Below are positions 8,743-17,993 of a stretch of 64,000 nucleotides of DNA, piece after piece (position 1 is the stretch's first letter; each line of letters opens with the position of its first letter). The translations under genes were made by a program, and so were the position numbers. Source of the stretch: an uncultured Candidatus Saccharibacteria bacterium (GTDB lineage: Bacteria > Patescibacteriota > Minisyncoccia > Phycocordibacterales > CAIJYI01); assembly GCA_964410165.1 (NCBI GenBank), contig CAYPFT010000002.1, positions 367 to 64,366 on the forward strand, read 5' to 3'. Under the pieces are notes generated by a model that made no database searches, was not told the origin of the DNA, and saw only the letters and a list, made by a program, of their open reading frames with translations.

Positions 8743-10515
8743 ATGCCGTCACTAACCGCAAATCAAGAACCTCTCTATACCACACGGAATCTCTTGCAGG
8801 ATATCCGGCCTTTTTTGTTGCCGTATAAGTGGAAATTCATTGTCGCCACGCTGTTTCGTCTTGCGTCCGATATCGCGTGGCTCTATCCGGCATACGGGCT
8901 TGCGGTGTTGGTTACTTTTTTCACGAAATACGCTCCCGGCGTGTCTCTTGCGCCCGTAAAACAAGTTTTTATATTTTGGATGCTTGCGAGTATCGTGCGC
9001 TATGTCGGCATGTATGCGGCGAAACGAATCATGTTTGCCGTGAGCGAGCAGATGGCTTTGGATGCACAGCTTGAAACCGTCAACCATCTTTTTTTGCTTG
9101 ATATGGGGTGGCATGAGCATGAAAACTCCGGCAACAAGCTCAAGAGAATTCAACGCGGAGGAGAAAGTATTGATCGGATTTTTCGAATGTGGATAAATGC
9201 TTTTATTGAAATCGGAGTCAATTTTTTCGGGGTACTTTTCATACTGTCCAAGTTCGATGCGGCCACGGCATCGCTCACACTTCTGTTTCTTTCGACGTAT
9301 TATGTCATTGCATTTGTGTTTCGCCGCAAAGCATCGGCGGCAACACAAGTGGTGAATATAAAAGAAGAGGAGATGAACGGTCTTTTTTTCGAATCAATTA
9401 ACAATATTCGGAGCGTGAAAGTCATGTCTATGCGAAGGCCTATTTCCGAGATACTTTCCAACGAGGCGAAAGACTTGTATGGGAAAGTTTTAAAGCGCAT
9501 ATTTTGGTTTCAGATAGGGAACAGTCTCAGGGGGTTTTATGCGAACGCTTTTCGGATCGGGGTAAGCGTCTTTATCGTGTACGGCATTTTGCACGGACAC
9601 TATGAAGTTGGGTTTCTGATCCTTTTCAATACGTATTTTATGCAGATTACTACGTCCATTTCCGAACTCGCGGAAGTGACGCAAGAATTTATCATCGCCA
9701 AATTAAGCATCGGACGAATGACGGATGTTCTTCGCGAACCGGTGGGGATTGACAAAGAAGAAGGGAAAGTGCCGTTTCCGAAAGGCTGGCAAAAAATCGT
9801 CTTTAACAATGTTTCATTTTCGTACGGCGACAACGAAGTTTTGAGCGGCGTGTCTTTTGAGGTGCGCCGCGGGGAAAGAGTCGGAATCATTGGTCTTTCC
9901 GGGGCGGGGAAGTCTACGCTCTTCAAGCTTCTGTTAAAAGAGCGCGCGCCGAGCGGCGGAGAAATTCTGATTGATAGTGTTCCATTGGAGCATATCAGCA
10001 AAGAAGATTATTTCCTTCATTCCGCCGCGGTTCTTCAGGAGACGGAAGTGTTTAACTTCACGCTTCGCCAAAATATCGTTCTTGCTAACAATGAGGAGGC
10101 GGAGAATGATGAACTTTTTGAAAAATCGCTTCACATTGCTCACGTTTCCGACTTTCTTTCCAAACTCCCGCAGGGCGCAGACACGCTTATCGGGGAGAAG
10201 GGCGTGAAGTTGTCCGGCGGAGAAAAACAGCGCCTCGGTCTTGCCCGCGCGGTCTTCAAACAGCCGGAGATCCTGCTTCTGGATGAAGCCACCTCGCATT
10301 TGGACGTAGAGTCGGAAGAGAAAATCCGAAGCTCGCTTCACGAATTTTTCCAAAGCGTTACCGCGCTCGTCGTCGCGCACCGTCTTACCACTGTCCGCGA
10401 GATGGACAAAATCATCGTGATTGAGGACGGGAAAATAATAGAAGAGGGAAGTTTTGACGAACTCTACCAAAAGGGCGGGAGATTTCATGAGTTGTGGGAG
10501 AAGCAGAAGCTGTAA
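8743..10515 (+). CDS. ABC transporter, fused permease/ATPase (exporter)
   Basis: TM domain, Walker A GLSGAGKST, signature LSGGEKQR and LLDEATS. Confidence 0.93.
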   Translation: MPSLTANQEPLYTTRNLLQDIRPFLLPYKWKFIVATLFRLASDIAWLYPAYGLAVLVTFFTKYAPGVSLAPVKQVFIFWMLASIVRYVGMYAAKRIMFAVSEQMALDAQLETVNHLFLLDMGWHEHENSGNKLKRIQRGGESIDRIFRMWINAFIEIGVNFFGVLFILSKFDAATASLTLLFLSTYYVIAFVFRRKASAATQVVNIKEEEMNGLFFESINNIRSVKVMSMRRPISEILSNEAKDLYGKVLKRIFWFQIGNSLRGFYANAFRIGVSVFIVYGILHGHYEVGFLILFNTYFMQITTSISELAEVTQEFIIAKLSIGRMTDVLREPVGIDKEEGKVPFPKGWQKIVFNNVSFSYGDNEVLSGVSFEVRRGERVGIIGLSGAGKSTLFKLLLKERAPSGGEILIDSVPLEHISKEDYFLHSAAVLQETEVFNFTLRQNIVLANNEEAENDELFEKSLHIAHVSDFLSKLPQGADTLIGEKGVKLSGGEKQRLGLARAVFKQPEILLLDEATSHLDVESEEKIRSSLHEFFQSVTALVVAHRLTTVREMDKIIVIEDGKIIEEGSFDELYQKGGRFHELWEKQKL

Positions 10516-10574
10516 AATGGGCAAGAAAAAATCGGGCGCTATGGGGGCGCCCGATTTCGATTTCGTGAGGTTTG

Positions 10575-11126
10575 TTATTCTTCGGTTTTGATTGGAACGA
10601 GAACCGATTTTTTACCGAAGCTCGCAAGCCATTCTTTGATTTTTCCCCTACATGGAGGAAGCGGGTCGCAGCTAATGAAAAATATTAAAAAGGTCACAAG
10701 AAGTTGAAAAACATTGTCGTATATTTGAATTTCCGGAATCGGCAACAGCACGAAGAGGGGCATTGTAACGATAAAATACAGACGAATAAAACGATATATA
10801 ATGTTTATCTTGAGGGGATTAGACAGTCCATGACTCATTCGGTCATATGCCCATGTTTCGTTTGTTTTCCACGCCCACGCGAAATGGTTGGTAAACATAA
10901 AAATGCCGAACCAAAACCATGTCGGATTTTTTCGGTCCAAAATAAGCGTATTTTCTCCGACAAGTTCTTTTGGAAACAGGTGATAATATATCCCCAAAGA
11001 AACCATGACGATTAAAAAACTGCATAATCCGGAGTAATAATAATTCGTTTTTCCCGTCCATCGTTGGAGGAAATGACACCCTTTTTCAAAGAGGGAAAGA
11101 AAGAACCAGTCAATTTTTTGAAACAT
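10575..11126 (-). CDS. Hypothetical multi-TM membrane protein
   Basis: Hydrophobic ORF; SD-like AAGGAGA precedes the ATG at 11126. Confidence 0.6.
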   Translation of the reverse strand: MFQKIDWFFLSLFEKGCHFLQRWTGKTNYYYSGLCSFLIVMVSLGIYYHLFPKELVGENTLILDRKNPTWFWFGIFMFTNHFAWAWKTNETWAYDRMSHGLSNPLKINIIYRFIRLYFIVTMPLFVLLPIPEIQIYDNVFQLLVTFLIFFISCDPLPPCRGKIKEWLASFGKKSVLVPIKTEE

Positions 11127-11283
11127 AACAGTCTCCTTGTGGAAGTTGTGAAAATTCTTTTTTACCAACTTTAATATAGCATTTTTAAGTTTCTTTGTCA
11201 AATTTTTCCGCAAGAACCGGTTTTCCATGTCCACGGTATCCACACCTTTTTCGGCGGGGTTTTCTTTTTCGGTGTATAATTAA

Positions 11284-11498
11284 CTCACCTTACGCACGAT
11301 TACTGTATCGGTTTTTGGTCGGTTTCTCCGCCTCTTGGCGGTGGAACCGCCAAAAACTGATACCGGGGGTCGGAGATTTGGCGGTGAGACCTCCAAGAGG
11401 AGCGACCTAAAAAACAAGGAGTGCAACGACTATGTTTTTGGAAGTACTCTTTGTGGTGGACTCACCGACCAAATCTTTCCAGTCGTGCGTAAGGTGAG
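11284..11498. mobile_element. MITE copy 1 (16-bp TIR, 7-bp TSD TAATTAA)
   Basis: CTCACCTTACGCACGA / TCGTGCGTAAGGTGAG ends; TAATTAA at 11277-11283 and 11499-11505; homologous to 49113-49287. Confidence 0.9.
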
Positions 11499-11556
11499 TA
11501 ATTAAAATAACTGCTTTTGAAAAACATTTAACAGTATTTTTTTAATAAAAAAACTT

Positions 11557-14500
11557 ATGCCACCGGACAAATCAAAATCAATTCTCATTTCGTCGATTTT
11601 TGGATTACTTGCCGTTATCGTCTTCGGACTCCTCTGGTTTTTCTTCCTCGCACCCGCCGTTCCCGCCGGTGCCGGATGGTTCATCTTCAGCTTCGCGGCG
11701 GGGCTGACGATGATCGTGCTTCCGTGCACGTTGCCGCTTGCTTTCGTCATCGTGCCGCTTTCTATGGGGAAGGGGGTGGCGAAGGGGATTGGCACGGCGC
11801 TTGCTTTTGCGTTCGGTATCGTCATTACTCTGAGCATATACGGCATCATCGCATCGCTCATCGGGAAAGCCGCTCTCGGCTCTCTCGGCGCTCCGCTTGA
11901 AACGGTCAAAAATTGGGTGTACTTCATAGCGGGAATTTTCGCGTATCTTTTCGCGCTCGGTTCCATAGGGCTTCTCGCCTTCAAAATGCCGACCTACACC
12001 GGCGCGGCTCCTGAGATCATTCAGAAAAAAGAAGACTATCTCAAGGCGTTTCTCATGGGGCTTTTTCTAGGAAATATCGGTATCGGATGTCCGCACCCCG
12101 CAACCCCGCTTCTTCTCATTGAGGCGGCGACGAGCGGCAATGTGCTGTACGGCTGGCTTCTCTTTTTCGTTCATGCCGTCGGACGCGTGCTCCCGCTCCT
12201 CTTCCTTGCCTTCATGGGGATTATGGGCGTGAACGGACTTTCGTGGCTTGTGGCGCGGAAGGAGAAAGTGGAACGCGCGACAGGGTGGGCGATGGTATTC
12301 GTCGGGGCGTTCATCTTGGTGCTCGGACTGTTCTCTCATGATTGGTGGGTCAATTCGGGACAGCACACGTTGCTTGAATCCATCACACAGGAAGAAACAA
12401 TCTTGAACGTCATTGGGGAGAAACTCAACACAGGGAACGCGCATAATCACGGACTTGAGGATGGTACCGGACTGTTCGGACTTCCGCTCTGGCTCGGGAA
12501 TTGGGTGCTGGTACTTCTGTGGGTCATCCCGTTCTTCTGGTATCTCCGAAAAGAAAAAGCGCGAATCGCGCAGATTCCCGAAGCAAACCAAGTACCCGAG
12601 CGCGTGGCGGAAGAAAATACGCGCCACATGAGAAGGAAGTTTTACATCGCACTCGCCATTGCGCTTGGCGCCATCTTTATTTACATTTTGCCGATGCGAT
12701 TTTACAACCAATCAATCGGTATCGGCGCGGGGCACGATGAAATGAAGATGACTGTTTCTGTCGGCGGCGAAACCTTTTCGCAAGACATTATCGGCCTTCC
12801 CGAAGCGAAGCCGTCCGAGGTCGTTTCGCTCAAAAACGGCGACACCTACACCCTCTCTCCTGGCGCGGTCTGGAAAGAAATAAACGGCAAGCGCGTAAAA
12901 ATGCTCGCGTACAACGGCATGATTCCGGGGCCGACGATTAAAGCGAAACAGGGGAGCGAGGTTATCATTCATTTCGTTAATAATTTGGAGATTAAAGATA
13001 CTCTGCATCCTCACGGCGTGCGCCTCAACAACAAATTTGATGGCGTGGCGGGGGTTACGCAAGAGCCGGTACTGCCCGGCGGATCATTTGACTACAAAAT
13101 CAAGTTTCCCGATTCGGGAATTTACTGGTACCACTCGCACATGAACGAGGCGTATACCCAGAATCTCGGCATGTATGGCGCGCTTCTCGTTGCTCCAAAA
13201 AGCGGCGAATTTTCCGGTCGTGAAGAAGTGGTTTTCTTGAGCGACTTGCTGATGAACGAAAGCGGCATCGCGCCATTCCCGAAAGACTTCACCGACCATG
13301 CGATGATGGGGCGATTCGGGAATACGATGCTTGTGAACGGAAGCACGAAGTATCGATTTATCGCGGCTCCCGGCGAGACAGTCCGTTTCCATTTCGTTGA
13401 TTCCGCCGTCGCGCGAACATTCCGATTGAGCATACTCGAAAAATGGGGAGGAGAGAAGGCGCAAAAGACTATTGTGACGCAAGTCGGGAGCGATGGGGGG
13501 GAAATGGAGCGCAAAATTGAGGTAGGCGAAGTAATCCTCAGTCCCGGCGAACGCGCAACGGTAGATATTCGTTTTCCTGAAAAAGAAGGAGCATACCATC
13601 TGTATCATGAATCGTCGAAACAACCATATTTACTTGCAACATTTGACGTAAAAGGCGAGGTACTGAAAGCCGCAAAAGAAATTACGTATGAAGACAAGCC
13701 GATTTTCTCAAAAGAAGAATTGAATCGTTATCGCATCGCGCCGCCCGACAAACGGATCAAGCTTTCTCTTGTGGCGGATATGAATGCGATGATGAAAGGC
13801 ATGGGCGATGGAATGATGATGCCGGCAGGCGCGGAACCCGCGGGGCATGATAATTCCGACGGACACCACGGAAGCGCGGGGATTGTTTCTGAAGCGCACG
13901 CGAGCACACCCATGCCTTTCGCCATGGACATGTCAAATATGCAGAACATGAATATGGGCGGCATGATGGGCGGCACACCGCAGAAGATAGAATGGGAAGA
14001 CGATATGGGCGCGATGAACGCCATGTCCAATTCCAACAGCGTGAAATGGGAAATAATAGACGAGGATAATGGCAGAGCAAACGGCGACATCAACTGGACG
14101 TTCAGTAAGGGAGACATGGTGAAGGTTCGGATTTTCAATGACCCGAAATCCATGCACCCAATGCAGCACCCGATACATTTCCATGGACAGCGATTCGTCG
14201 TGCTTGCGACGAACGGTGCGCCGAACGATAATATGGCGTGGAAAGACACGACGCTCGTGCAGACAGGGGACACCGTTGATATTCTCGTCGAGATGTCGAA
14301 CCCCGGCTTCTGGATGGCGCATTGCCACATCGCGGAACACCTCCACTCCGGCATGATGTTCGGTTTCGTGGTGAAAGACGGCAAAGTGGCGGCTGGGGGC
14401 GAAGAAGACTATAAAATTGTGATGCCGCAAGAACGAAGCCAACTCGCGTCAGCGTACGCATGGGCGCACGGCGATGAAGAAGACGGACATGAAGAACCCG

Positions 14501-14613
14501 CACCCGCCGCACAAGGGCAAGTGCCGATCAAATTCGTCCTCATTCTCGTTTCGCTTCTTCTCATGGGAGCTTTGAGTTACGGCGTCTGGCGGTATTTGGA
14601 TGTGAAGAAGTAA
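11557..14613 (+). CDS. CcdA/DsbD-like membrane domain fused to a CueO-like multicopper oxidase
   Basis: AGL..VLPCTLP and GCPHP TM cysteines; Cu motifs HPHG, WYHSH, HPIHFHG and HCHIAEHLHSGM; Met-rich loop; C-terminal TM. Confidence 0.9.
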   Translation: MPPDKSKSILISSIFGLLAVIVFGLLWFFFLAPAVPAGAGWFIFSFAAGLTMIVLPCTLPLAFVIVPLSMGKGVAKGIGTALAFAFGIVITLSIYGIIASLIGKAALGSLGAPLETVKNWVYFIAGIFAYLFALGSIGLLAFKMPTYTGAAPEIIQKKEDYLKAFLMGLFLGNIGIGCPHPATPLLLIEAATSGNVLYGWLLFFVHAVGRVLPLLFLAFMGIMGVNGLSWLVARKEKVERATGWAMVFVGAFILVLGLFSHDWWVNSGQHTLLESITQEETILNVIGEKLNTGNAHNHGLEDGTGLFGLPLWLGNWVLVLLWVIPFFWYLRKEKARIAQIPEANQVPERVAEENTRHMRRKFYIALAIALGAIFIYILPMRFYNQSIGIGAGHDEMKMTVSVGGETFSQDIIGLPEAKPSEVVSLKNGDTYTLSPGAVWKEINGKRVKMLAYNGMIPGPTIKAKQGSEVIIHFVNNLEIKDTLHPHGVRLNNKFDGVAGVTQEPVLPGGSFDYKIKFPDSGIYWYHSHMNEAYTQNLGMYGALLVAPKSGEFSGREEVVFLSDLLMNESGIAPFPKDFTDHAMMGRFGNTMLVNGSTKYRFIAAPGETVRFHFVDSAVARTFRLSILEKWGGEKAQKTIVTQVGSDGGEMERKIEVGEVILSPGERATVDIRFPEKEGAYHLYHESSKQPYLLATFDVKGEVLKAAKEITYEDKPIFSKEELNRYRIAPPDKRIKLSLVADMNAMMKGMGDGMMMPAGAEPAGHDNSDGHHGSAGIVSEAHASTPMPFAMDMSNMQNMNMGGMMGGTPQKIEWEDDMGAMNAMSNSNSVKWEIIDEDNGRANGDINWTFSKGDMVKVRIFNDPKSMHPMQHPIHFHGQRFVVLATNGAPNDNMAWKDTTLVQTGDTVDILVEMSNPGFWMAHCHIAEHLHSGMMFGFVVKDGKVAAGGEEDYKIVMPQERSQLASAYAWAHGDEEDGHEEPAPAAQGQVPIKFVLILVSLLLMGALSYGVWRYLDVKK

Positions 14614-14637
14614 TATGGGAATCAAGAATAAGGAATT

Positions 14638-15186
14638 ATGAATGAGGAATCGTCACCGCCCTCCACCATTATGGAAAATACACAAGAAAAAACAGAGATA
14701 GAATTTATGGTAGAGAAAAGCCCAATGAAGGAAGCGTATAAATTGCTTGGCGCACAGACCCCATTTGAACTTTTTGATTTGTACGATAAAGAAGACCAGA
14801 GATTAATGAAAGCGGGTTTGTGGGATTATGATAACCCCAATCTCATCGTAAACAAGATAAAAAATATTATTGAAAGCATTGACATTAATGAACTTACGGA
14901 AGAGGAAAACGAATGGAGGCAGGAAATTCTTTGGTTTTGGTATCACCATGCAATCAGTTGTGCAATCTGGAGGTATAAAGACAAAGATAAGGCAAAAATA
15001 TACTCCGCCAAAGCATTTCAGTATCATCTAAACGACAACCAAAATCAGATAACTAAACTGCTAGATTTTCTTGTAAATGGTCAGGTAAAAGAAGCCGAAG
15101 AGTGGGCGGAAAAAATTCAAGACGAAGTGGAACAAAAAACAGCATCAGATTTGATTAAGGAGTACAAAGAAAAAGGATTTTTCTAA
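14638..15186 (+). CDS. Hypothetical helical protein
   Basis: 182-aa AT-rich ORF with no recognised motif. Confidence 0.6.
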   Translation: MNEESSPPSTIMENTQEKTEIEFMVEKSPMKEAYKLLGAQTPFELFDLYDKEDQRLMKAGLWDYDNPNLIVNKIKNIIESIDINELTEEENEWRQEILWFWYHHAISCAIWRYKDKDKAKIYSAKAFQYHLNDNQNQITKLLDFLVNGQVKEAEEWAEKIQDEVEQKTASDLIKEYKEKGFF

Positions 15187-15248
15187 AAATCCTTTTTTGT
15201 TGTAAATAAAAAAGTGCGGGGTGTCGTCTTTTATGGTATCATGTGCTT

Positions 15249-15338
15249 ATGATTGCCCGCGAAAAAATCAAAGAAGTCGCCGACAAAATCGCTCGGGAAT
15301 TCGAGCCGAAATTTGAACAAACACAAGAAATGTTGTAA
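15249..15338 (+). pseudogene. N-terminal remnant of a minimal nucleotidyltransferase (MNT) gene
   Basis: MIAREKIKEVADKIAREFEPK breaks off before the expected IILFGS; preceded by an extended -10 TGGTATCAT. Confidence 0.5.
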
Positions 15339-15360
15339 CATACAAACTCCCACCGCTTTC

Positions 15361-15582
15361 ATGATAATCTTCACCAATCATGCTTTATTGAAACTGAAGC
15401 AGAGAAATCTGACGAAAGAGAAGGTGATACAAACGGTTGAAAATCCTGACGAAATAATGCTCACGTACGGAGAGCGAAACGCTGTTCTGAAAAAATTCGG
15501 CAAGCTCTATTTGAAAGTGGTATTTCGCAAAGATGGGAAAGATGTGATTATTATCACGCAACATTGGATAACCAAAACATAA
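15361..15582 (+). CDS. DUF4258-family putative toxin
   Basis: IIFTNHA..KL.QR and C-terminal IIIT; lies upstream of a DUF2283 gene. Confidence 0.75.
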   Translation: MIIFTNHALLKLKQRNLTKEKVIQTVENPDEIMLTYGERNAVLKKFGKLYLKVVFRKDGKDVIIITQHWITKT

Positions 15583-15588
15583 ACCGCC

Positions 15589-15822
15589 ATGAAAATAACT
15601 TACGACCCATACGCCGACGCGCTTTCCATTTCTTTTAAAGAGGGGAAAGTGAAGAAAACCATCGAGATTGCGCCCGAGGTGAATTTGGATGTGGATGCGA
15701 AAGAACGACCGCTCTATCTTGAAATTTTAGGAGTGCGGGAGAAAATCGGGAAAGCGAATGTGGAGGAGATAACGATGAAGAATATTTTTATCGGTAAAAA
15801 TGCAACACTCGTTGCGACATAA
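15589..15822 (+). CDS. DUF2283-family putative antitoxin
   Basis: MKITYDP.ADAL.I and LDVD....LEIL pattern. Confidence 0.85.
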   Translation: MKITYDPYADALSISFKEGKVKKTIEIAPEVNLDVDAKERPLYLEILGVREKIGKANVEEITMKNIFIGKNATLVAT

Positions 15823-15834
15823 GAGTAGCATCAT

Positions 15835-16134
15835 ATGGAAAACATCCGAGAAAAAATTAAAAAAGCCGTAGAAAAAAACCCGTATAAAAAAGACATACGG
15901 CGTATTTCACTTTTCGGTTCGGAGCTTCATGGTACGGCGAAAGAAGGAAGCGATGTTGATTTGCTGGTGGAATTCATACCGGGCGCGAAAATCAGCTTTT
16001 TTAAGCTGGACGATATTGAAGAAAGTTTTGAGAAAGAGATAGGGCGCAATGTGGATTTGGTCACCCCGTGCGCACTGAGCCATTTTTTCCGTGATAAAGT
16101 GCTTGCCGAGGCGGAACTCCTTTATCATGCATAA
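15835..16134 (+). CDS. Minimal nucleotidyltransferase (MntA-like antitoxin)
   Basis: LFGS...G.....SDVDLLVEF and GRNVDLVT. Confidence 0.9.
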   Translation: MENIREKIKKAVEKNPYKKDIRRISLFGSELHGTAKEGSDVDLLVEFIPGAKISFFKLDDIEESFEKEIGRNVDLVTPCALSHFFRDKVLAEAELLYHA

Positions 16135-16144
16135 AACATGAATC

Positions 16145-16431
16145 ATGAACGACGAAACATACATCGGTCATATTGCGGAAGCGATTGAAAAAGTCGAACG
16201 CTATATAAACGGATTTACCTGCGAGCAGTTTTCAAAAAAGCGGCGAACAATATCAGCAAAGAATTTCAAAATACCCACGCGGAACTTCCGTGGAGTAAAA
16301 TGATTTCCATGCGCAACCGCTTAATCCATGAATACTTCGGCGTAAACGAAGAAGTGGTGTGGGGTACTTGTACGGAAGATTTACCATCGCTCAAAAAACA
16401 CATCGAAGAATTCTTAACACAAAGAGCTTAA
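16145..16431 (+). pseudogene. HEPN/DUF86 toxin, frameshifted by an internal deletion
   Basis: First frame MNDETYIGHIAEAIEK..FSK; a second frame continues AANNISKEF..LPW..MRNRLIHEYFGV (Rx4H); the middle helix is missing. Confidence 0.85.
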
Positions 16432-16452
16432 CAATTAATTTCTTTCGAAGAA

Positions 16453-16935
16453 ATGAACAAATATATTTACCTTATCATTGCGATGGTCGTCATACTCGGT
16501 GTCGGCGTCGCGTACAAAAATTTCGGAGCGGATAAAAGCAAGGCCGCTCTGACGACGGGGGAGGTGAAAGAGATTACGATTCGCGCGCAGAAGAACAAAT
16601 GGAACTGGTCGCCGGAGGATATTACTGTCAATCAGGGCGATACCGTCAAGCTCACGATTATCAATGAAGACGAATATGACCACGGCATTGCGATAGACGC
16701 CTACGGCATTTCACAGCGGGTTCCGGCACTCGGCACCATTGAAGCGGAATTCGTGGCGACTCAGCCGGGGGACTTTCCGTTCTACTGCTCCGTCCCGTGC
16801 GGGGAGGGGGAAGTGGACGGCGTGAAGCGCGGGCACTTTGACCAAGTGGGGAAGATACACGTGACCCACATGATGATGGATGGAAAAATGATGGAGGGCG
16901 ACATGCCGCACGACGAAATGATGAAGACGCAATAA
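16453..16935 (+). CDS. Cupredoxin-domain protein
   Basis: N-terminal TM helix, HGIAI, FYCSVPCGEG...H and a Met/His-rich tail. Confidence 0.85.
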   Translation: MNKYIYLIIAMVVILGVGVAYKNFGADKSKAALTTGEVKEITIRAQKNKWNWSPEDITVNQGDTVKLTIINEDEYDHGIAIDAYGISQRVPALGTIEAEFVATQPGDFPFYCSVPCGEGEVDGVKRGHFDQVGKIHVTHMMMDGKMMEGDMPHDEMMKTQ

Positions 16936-17000
16936 AAACTCCAAAACCTCCGCTCAAATGGCGGAGTGTTTTTTAAGCGATTCTATGGTATAGTAGAATC

Positions 17001-17279
17001 ATGCGACACATCCCTGAATTTTTTCAACCCATTTTCTGGTCATATGATTTCAGAGCTCTTGATGCCGAAAAGCACAAGAGAACCATCGTGGTTCAGACGA
17101 TTAACTATGGGAGGTGGAAGCACTGGCGATTTATCGCGGACAGGTACGGCAAAAACGGCGTTGCCGAGATAATAGCCTCCGAACCGGCAAGCGCATTTCG
17201 CAAACCAGCGCTTTTCTTGGCGAAGATTCTTTTTAGCGTTGAGAAACAAGCACATGCACTTCGAAGCACTCACAGATAA
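17001..17279 (+). CDS. DUF6922-like putative antitoxin
   Basis: FWSYD...LD...H...I..Q..NYG pattern; overlaps the AbiEii gene. Confidence 0.65.
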   Translation: MRHIPEFFQPIFWSYDFRALDAEKHKRTIVVQTINYGRWKHWRFIADRYGKNGVAEIIASEPASAFRKPALFLAKILFSVEKQAHALRSTHR

Positions 17280-17877
17280 AGGAAAAGAAATATTTCCGAA
17301 ACTCTCGCTGTTTTCGGGTTTTTATCTTGCCGGCGGAACAGCGCTTGCGCTTCAAATCGGACATCGCGTTTCCATAGACTTCGATTTTTTTACCGATGAG
17401 AAGATAAAAAAAACACTGCTCGCGAAAGCGGAAAGCATCTTTTCACCGAGCAGTCTTGAGATTTTTGTAAACAACTCGGGCGAACTCACTTTTTCCGTCA
17501 ACGACGTGAAAATCACTTTTCTTACCTATCCTTTTCCGGCGTTGCTTCCAAAAGTAAAAGTAGAAAAAGGCGAGTTTTGGCTCTTGGGCGTAAAAGAACT
17601 TGCCGCTACGAAAGCTTACACGATAGGAAGGCGAGGTGAACTCAAGGATTACATTGATGTATATTTTCTCCTCAAAGAAGGGCATACGACGCTTTTTGAA
17701 ATTTCCGAACTCGCGGAAAAGAAATACGGTGAAGCGTTTGACACAAGGCTTTTTCTTGAACAATTGCTGTATTTGGATGACATAGAAGACGTACAAATAG
17801 AATTTTTGAAAGACCCTGTCGGAAAAGAAGAACTCAAAAAGTTTTTTGAAGGGGAAATAGGAAAAATAAAGCTGTAA
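17254..17877 (+). CDS. AbiEii/AbiGii-family nucleotidyltransferase toxin
   Basis: YLAGGTALALQIGHR.S.DFDFF and K...I.RR...KDY.D. Confidence 0.9.
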   Translation: MHFEALTDKGKEIFPKLSLFSGFYLAGGTALALQIGHRVSIDFDFFTDEKIKKTLLAKAESIFSPSSLEIFVNNSGELTFSVNDVKITFLTYPFPALLPKVKVEKGEFWLLGVKELAATKAYTIGRRGELKDYIDVYFLLKEGHTTLFEISELAEKKYGEAFDTRLFLEQLLYLDDIEDVQIEFLKDPVGKEELKKFFEGEIGKIKL

Positions 17878-17993
17878 CGCAAACAAAAAAGGAATCGCAA
17901 AAAACAACGGTGGGGAAAAGTCCCCGCCGTTGTTTTTTGAAAGTGTTGTATAATATAAAGCAAATACTATAAAAACTAAAACCTAATTTTTTT

